The notes under the pieces were generated by a model. It was given only the letters and a program-made list of their open reading frames with translations, had not been told where the DNA came from and did no database searches. Below are positions 58,601-64,000 of a stretch of 64,000 nucleotides of DNA, one piece after another. This DNA comes from Pachysolen tannophilus NRRL Y-2460 (lineage: Eukaryota), in assembly GCA_001661245.1 (NCBI GenBank), contig KV454017.1:425061-489060 (forward strand), read 5' to 3'. The translations under genes and the position numbers were made by a program. How positions within the stretch are numbered: position 1 is the first letter of the stretch; each line of letters starts with the position of its first letter.

Positions 58601-59632
58601 CATTCTTCTTCTTCAATTTCAAGAAAAGGCTCATCATCTTCTACAAATTCATCCGGGTCACGTGTATTTGGTGTGCTGTTGGAGGAGTTGGCTTCTAAAT
58701 ACGCTGTTGATTCAGATCTTGGTGTTGGTCCGGCAAAGTTACGAATTCCAATTATGGTTGATGAGTGTATTTCTGCATTACATCAGATGGATATGTCCGT
58801 CGAAGGTGTATTCCGTAAAAATGGTAACATCAAGGGACTTAGAGTTCTAACAGAGCTGGTAGACCTGAATCCAAGTAAGATGCCAGATTTTACTAATGAA
58901 ACTCCAATTCAATTAGCTGCTTTATTAAAGAAATTTTTAAGAGAACTACCAGATCCATTATTAACTTTTAAGCTTTATGAAATATGGATCTTATCTCAAA
59001 AATATACACAAGATGCAAAGACAAAGAATGAAATTTTGAAATTGGCTTACTGTATGTTACCAAAACCAAATAGAGATTTGGTTGAAGTGTTATTATATTT
59101 TTTCCGTTGGGTGGCTTCATTTTCACATATTGATGAAGAAACTGGATCCAAGATGGATATTCATAATTTGGCAACCGTTATTACACCAAATATTTTATAT
59201 TTGAAGCATTCAAACAGTAATGGAGGTACTAATAGTAGTAATGGTACAAATGGTTCAGGTTCTTTTAATAGCCCAAATGTGGATTACGCTGTTCCAAATG
59301 GTGAGAATCATTTTCTTGCTATTGAAGTTGTTGATCATCTTTTGGAGAAACATGATGAATTTTGTGTGGTTCCACCTCATTTGTACAAATTTTATCTTGA
59401 TTGTGGGTTCAAGCAATTACCAAATGTGGATGAATTAACTACAAAGGAAATTTTGACTAAATGTGAATTGTTTTTGAAAAATCATCCTGATTACTTCAAT
59501 TGTGCATTAAAAAATGAAGAATTCAAAGAGACTAATAGTAGTAATGAAGACCTAAACAATGGTTCTGATAAGATTCAAAGAGTCAATCCTCAAAATAATG
59601 AAGAGCTAACTGGGGAAACTATTATAGAATGA
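55700..59632 (+). CDS. LRG1: LIM-domain Rho GTPase-activating protein
   Basis: LIM domains (CKSC...HVSCFRC, CYKC...HLEHFTC), LTLDDIPRIVAAEQARE, RhoGAP VEGVFRKNGN and SKMDIHNLATVITPN. Confidence 0.93.
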   Translation: MSHRAPARAYPNQISPSRNDGVFELHSTPNINQQLSPQRSFRNLSNNSPLKTNDYSPRANVTGHQRQRSNLSMEQKTDWRALIAPMPDLPGSYPSLTPRMNNRDFNNTSARPSPRINNQDQQNKDKLQMTPVKNQQFIKSSPSTVNNENINQHQNQHQHSGYQGQTTTTLTTSATSSTSPSYNKNLQTTVRIPLPPPVYKQNATNSRNEIINNNINNNNNNNLSKKPIKYCKSCGQQLSGQFVRALGDVYHVSCFRCYECGKECASKFFSSEIKDPITGVEGTKIALCEYDYFKKLDLICYKCNNALRGPYVTALNRKYHLEHFTCSVCDKVFETDESFYEHEEGIYCHFHFSKLYASHCEGCHSSILKQFVEVYRGGREQQWHPECYMVHKFWNISITANCIGLSSAEVSKLMLPNGTFKNLAEIDLEPSILFEIERKMEKSIVTVWLTLSGFEESTAACISNMLQYATTGNPLKGLLATGKLILKVECLFNGIDALHSLGIEKLQDKDSKIQNLKKEPRSLSAKIMTYLALLRKSTQAGINADNKFSQDLLSLVTGLAHYLKLMIRYGLHHALLYNKSVHTTIASERFFGKVSVHESVADDIFEHLEVPANSTDACSFCDNSIEQECVQFKDRRWHLDCFFCSNCQKQLSNSTIQEASYIYDDDKILCSQCSTDDLKGERGFKNITKLSQLIYLLKIALVRSKVIMQKQLQIETPDQLSYEISDHKNINETQDSLDQGYKQTLSDIRRMRSKRQDQKLSGSVKQKARRSRIIEAPEGDSVQSEFILDESTNGGLNKTSSPRLGKGGNANSPEGSKLRVEDEPFNPKNSIVNLDRTSDLLKNEKSLTLDDIPRIVAAEQAREQRPNAFRHHNSARSNYPKPKSIKLRNSVGNIDKSNSNGKSLHKEKKVYYSELNATEHFILRHIAVLSLNEILKNKFNRDELLLLIPIKKPSNFWTKIFGSKNHDHSSSSISRKGSSSSTNSSGSRVFGVLLEELASKYAVDSDLGVGPAKLRIPIMVDECISALHQMDMSVEGVFRKNGNIKGLRVLTELVDLNPSKMPDFTNETPIQLAALLKKFLRELPDPLLTFKLYEIWILSQKYTQDAKTKNEILKLAYCMLPKPNRDLVEVLLYFFRWVASFSHIDEETGSKMDIHNLATVITPNILYLKHSNSNGGTNSSNGTNGSGSFNSPNVDYAVPNGENHFLAIEVVDHLLEKHDEFCVVPPHLYKFYLDCGFKQLPNVDELTTKEILTKCELFLKNHPDYFNCALKNEEFKETNSSNEDLNNGSDKIQRVNPQNNEELTGETIIE

Positions 59633-60061
59633 ATATCGTTTTTTTTCTTTTTTTTTTTTTTTTTCTTATGTTCTAATTAGTTTTAATTTTAATTTATTTT
59701 TTTTTTTTATCTTTTCATTTTTTTTATTTATAATGTTTTCAGGTTTGTTACTTCGCCACTGGTGGTTTTGTATTTATTTATTACTTTTTTCTAAAAAAAA
59801 AGGGTTGATTATTCAAGAATCGAAAACAAAAAAGTTATATTTTTTTCGTTAATTTTATGGTTTTATAATAATGCTTATACATAGTTTTTTCAATTTGTGT
59901 TTTAACAGTTTATCTTTGTTTTCTTGTTTTTTTGTTTTTTGTTTTTGTTTTTTTTTTTATTCTCTCTTTTTTTCAGATTTTATTTTCAAAATAGTCTAAT
60001 AGCTAATATAATTTTAATTAATCAGTTTGTTTCTTCTAATATTTTGTTGATATGAATAAGA

Positions 60062-60828
60062 TCATCGAACAATTGCATTGCTTAAACTTTTAACATAACA
60101 ACAATTTTCATTTACATTTTCATTATCATTTGATTTGTTTAATTTTAACAAATTTTCACCACCTTCTGGCAATTTATATACAACTTGACAATTTTCATTA
60201 GTTCTCAAATGTTTTGCTATCTCTTGCCAAACTTTTGGTTTAACTCTTCCCAGTTCTTTGTCATGATCAATAATATGAGATTCAAAAAATAATCGATCTC
60301 CTATATTGGAAGAAATTGGTGGTCTAACAACTTCTACTTTTAATTGTTGTTGTGATACATCTTCATCTTCCAAGTTATTACTATTTTCTGCAGCAAGTAT
60401 CATTGCTTCTGATAAGACACCACGTATCTTAGAAGGTTTTAAATTTGTAACAACCACCACTCGAGAGTTTAATAATTCAGACATTGGTATATAAGGTACT
60501 AATCCACTACACACTTGAAGTGCGGCTTTCATTGATTGATTTATTTTAATTTCTTGATCAATCTTTTGATCTTGTATTAATATCTTTGAAACATAAATTT
60601 TGTCAGCATTTTCATGTTTCTGAATATCAATTATCTTACCAACAGTCAATTTTAATAAACTTGGAGAAACTATTATCATCATTATTATCGCATGGTTGTT
60701 AGAATAATTTAAATTTCGTTAACATGTAAGAAAAAATTTCACTTACATTGAGGTGAAGCTATACTCGACTCAAATCTTACCCCATTGCGAGAAGTAATCG
60801 CTACTACTGAATTGAAAAACTTTAACAT
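60062..60828 (-). CDS. Stand-alone tRNA-binding OB-fold protein (Arc1/EMAP II C-domain-like); exon 1 60828-60747, intron 60746-60670
   Basis: LTVGKI...HENADKIYV, QVCSGL, NLKPSKIRGVLSEAMILA and NAIVR end; GTAAGT donor, TTCTAAC branch, TAG acceptor in frame. Confidence 0.82.
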
Positions 60829-61718
60829 GATGTAAATATTTCACTACAAAATTATTTCTATCTAACTTTATTCTACCACAGCCAATGCTGAACAGTTTTT
60901 CAACTATACAAACCAATCAAACTCATCAATACTTTCTCGTCAAAATTAACAAGAAATAAAAAAAACAAAGTCGTGCATTAAAGTCTACATCAGGGTAATT
61001 TTGTCCGCACAATTAGTACTGCTATTTGAAGTATTCAAGGCAAGGTAATAGACATAGACACACAAGATTAATCATGATTCAACTATTCCAAAGAATTGAA
61101 AGCTGAAATCTGAATTTTTCATCTACTAGATATCTTAATCACAGAATTTTTCATTGTAAACTTCAAAAGCAAAATTTTAATACTTCTTGCAGTAGCAGTA
61201 CAACGCAGTTGAAGAAACGCTTTGCTCATTACTTATTAAGGAAAAAACAGCTGTTTTGAGCCGTTCGTTCTCTTTTAAATTTGAACGCACAAGTTGCGGC
61301 GAAATTTCTCTCATAGAAAAAATCTTTAAAAAAAAAAGAAAAAAAGAATTTCCCAAAAATAGTCAAATTTATAATACAAAATTGTAATCTAGTGTTTTTT
61401 TTCATTTTTATACGAAACTTATTGATAGAAGTGATTTTGAGAAATTTTATCTCTATTTAATCATTGATTGATATAGACTTCTGTTTTACAGAATTTTATT
61501 TTAATTTTGTTATATAAGTTTCTTCAAAAAAAAATTTTTTTTTTCTTTTTGGTTTATTTATTTTTTTACTGATTTTATAAGCTGGATTTTCTTATAAAAA
61601 AAGTTTTTAAAAGGTTTATTTTTTGTTAATATTTGTATTTTAGAGAATAAAACAAAATAAAAAAAAAAGAAGGTTATCGAGGAATCTTTAGAGACAAGAT
61701 TAAGTTTGATCAGAATCA

Positions 61719-63023
61719 ATGTCAGAAATTAAAACTGGGTCATTACTCGAAGATAAGGATAAGCGCCCTTCGATATCGAATCTTGTGGGACCCACTATTC
61801 GAAGCGGCGATGAACAAGATCTTAAAGTTGCTCCAACTACTGCAAAGGAGATTCAAACTACTCCTGTTATGACCACGACCACTAATAGTACGCCATTGAA
61901 TAGTGCCAATAGTAGTAGTAATAATAGTAGTGGAGGTGGTGGTGGTGGTGCTATAAGTGCAAATCAAAAGCCGCTTGGTTCAAGTTCAAGTTCATCTACT
62001 CAACATCATACATTTCAGCCGCACCAGCAACAACCACTTCCAGCTGTTCAGCCGCCACAATATTTCAACCCATCAGCAAATTATAGTCCGGAATATTATC
62101 AGTATTATCAACAATATCCAGTTCCTCAATATTTTCAAGGAATGATGACACAAGCTTCAGCAAATTCACCATATGGGAGATACTATTACCAACCATATCC
62201 TTCAAGATATAATTATCCTCCAAATTATTCTCCACATCCGCCTTCAGCTTCATCGAATCAAGTACTTCCTTCATCTAATGAACTTTCAGAAGGGGCAGAA
62301 CTGACATCATCAAGAAATACAAGTACAAATTTAAATAATAATAAATTGAGTAAAATTACTAAATCAAGTACAACTTCTGGTGTAACGGATATTGAAAATG
62401 TCAGCGGCAAAAATAATTATAAAGTTAAAAAACCTAAAAAACAACCTAAGGTGAAATTACCACCAAAACAAGAGATAGTGGATAATTCTGGAACTAATAT
62501 TCAAAGACCATATCCATGTACTCATGAAGGATGCCTTTGGGCTTTTGCAAGACAAAGTGATTTGAAAAGACATATAAAATCACACATGCCTCCACTGTTT
62601 CATTGCCCCTTTTGGAAAAGTGATCCAACGTGTCATAGAAATGGTGGCGCATTCAATAGGTTGGATGTTTTGAAAAGACATCTTAAATTGGTACATTTTG
62701 TTCAAGATAAAGATGATTTTTCTACAAGCAGTAGAATTGAAAAAGGTTGGTGTAGATCTTGCCAAAGACAATTTTCTTCCGTTAGAGAGTTTGTCGATCA
62801 TTGCGAGACATGTGCTGCAAATTTGCATCCAACAGAATGGAAACAACATTACAGTAACGGCAACAGCAACGGAAACGGTAATAGTCTAACTTCTATAGGG
62901 TCAGATATATCAGCAAGAAGAAAACCGAGAATCTCTAAAGCAAAATTGAAATCCAACCAGCAAGAAAGTCCAGAGAGTATCGACGACGTAGAAGCAGAAT
63001 CTGTTGGAGAACAGGTGAGTTAA
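61719..63023 (+). CDS. C2H2 zinc-finger transcription factor
   Basis: YPCTHEGCLWAFARQSDLKRHIKSH and FHCPFW...CH...FNRLDVLKRHLKLVH fingers; Q/Y/P-rich N-terminus. Confidence 0.88.
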   Translation: MSEIKTGSLLEDKDKRPSISNLVGPTIRSGDEQDLKVAPTTAKEIQTTPVMTTTTNSTPLNSANSSSNNSSGGGGGGAISANQKPLGSSSSSSTQHHTFQPHQQQPLPAVQPPQYFNPSANYSPEYYQYYQQYPVPQYFQGMMTQASANSPYGRYYYQPYPSRYNYPPNYSPHPPSASSNQVLPSSNELSEGAELTSSRNTSTNLNNNKLSKITKSSTTSGVTDIENVSGKNNYKVKKPKKQPKVKLPPKQEIVDNSGTNIQRPYPCTHEGCLWAFARQSDLKRHIKSHMPPLFHCPFWKSDPTCHRNGGAFNRLDVLKRHLKLVHFVQDKDDFSTSSRIEKGWCRSCQRQFSSVREFVDHCETCAANLHPTEWKQHYSNGNSNGNGNSLTSIGSDISARRKPRISKAKLKSNQQESPESIDDVEAESVGEQVS

Positions 63024-64000
63024 CCAACAACAAAAACTTATTGACTACGATTTTTAAAGGTGTTATATGGATAGATCCTGATGTTTTTGGCGTTATTGTT
63101 TTATTTTATTTGATTTTTTTTTTTTTTTTTNNNNNNNNNNNNNNNNNNNNNNNNNNNNNNNNNNNNNNNNNNNNNNNNNNNNNNNNNNNNNNNNNNNNNN
63201 NNNNNNNNNNNNNNNNNNNNNNNNNNNNNNNNNNNNNNNNNNNNNNNNNNNNNNNNNNNNNNNNNNNNNNNNNNNNNNNNNNNNNNNNNNNNNNNNNNNN
63301 NNNNNNNNNNNNNNNNNNNNNNNNNNNNNNNNNNNNNNNNNNNNNNNNNNNNNNNNNNNNNNNNNNNNNNNNNNNNNNNNNNNNNNNNNNNNNNNNNNNN
63401 NNNNNNNNNNNNNNNNNNNNNNNNNNNNNNNNNNNNNNNNNNNNNNNNNNNNNNNNNNNNNNNNNNNNNNNNNNNNNNNNNNNNNNNNNNNNNNNNNNNN
63501 NNNNNNNNNNNNNNNNNNNNNNNNNNNNNNNNNNNNNNNNNNNNNNNNNNNNNNNNNNNNNNNNNNNNNNNNNNNNNNNNNNNNNNNNNNNNNNNNNNNN
63601 NNNNNNNNNNNNNNNNNNNNNNNNNNNNNNNNNNNNNNNNNNNNNNNNNNNNNNNNNNNNNNNNNNNNNNNNNNNNNNNNNNNNNNNNNNNNNNNNNNNN
63701 NNNNNNNNNNNNNNNNNNNNNNNNNNNNNNNNNNNNNNNNNNNNNNNNNNNNNNNNNNNNNNNNNNNNNNNNNNNNNNNNNNNNNNNNNNNNNNNNNNNN
63801 NNNNNNNNNNNNNNNNNNNNNNNNNNNNNNNNNNNNNNNNNNNNNNNNNNNNNNNNNNNNNNNNNNNNNNNNNNNNNNNNNNNNNNNNNNNNNNNNNNNN
63901 NNNNNNNNNNNNNNNNNNNNNNNNNNNNNNNNNNNNNNNNNNNNNNGTACTCAAGTAACTGTAACTCATTCAAATATACGTTCATCTATCCATTCATTCA

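Overview
AT-rich, gene-dense budding-yeast (Saccharomycotina) draft sequence with five N-gaps. It holds about 25 housekeeping genes (GDH1, TTI2-like, CENP-K/Mcm22-like, NUP159, PSA1, JLP1-like, MCH1, KTR5/7-like, UBP1, PUB1, cyclophilin H, CAB2, SAM50, NMD5, UTP5, HPT1, SGM1, MRPS17, HIS5, SurE-like, alpha/beta hydrolase, LRG1, an Arc1-like tRNA-binding protein, a C2H2 factor), one tRNA-Thr(AGT) and six introns missed by the ORF track. CTG codons fall where homologues have Ala, which points to the CUG-Ala code (Pachysolen-like clade). The main finding is two precise inversions, each cutting two convergent genes inside their coding sequence and swapping their 3' ends. One is 30780-32017 (CAB2/SAM50) and the other is 42696-43169 (HPT1/SGM1, giving two in-frame chimeras). 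Flipping each segment restores in-frame junctions in all four genes; CAB2 also needs a separate 1-nt homopolymer correction. Whether the inversions are biological, assembly errors or in-silico changes cannot be decided from this sequence alone. HIS5 also carries an unusual C-terminal GKTE[LI] pentapeptide array. Homologue comparisons are from memory, not database searches.
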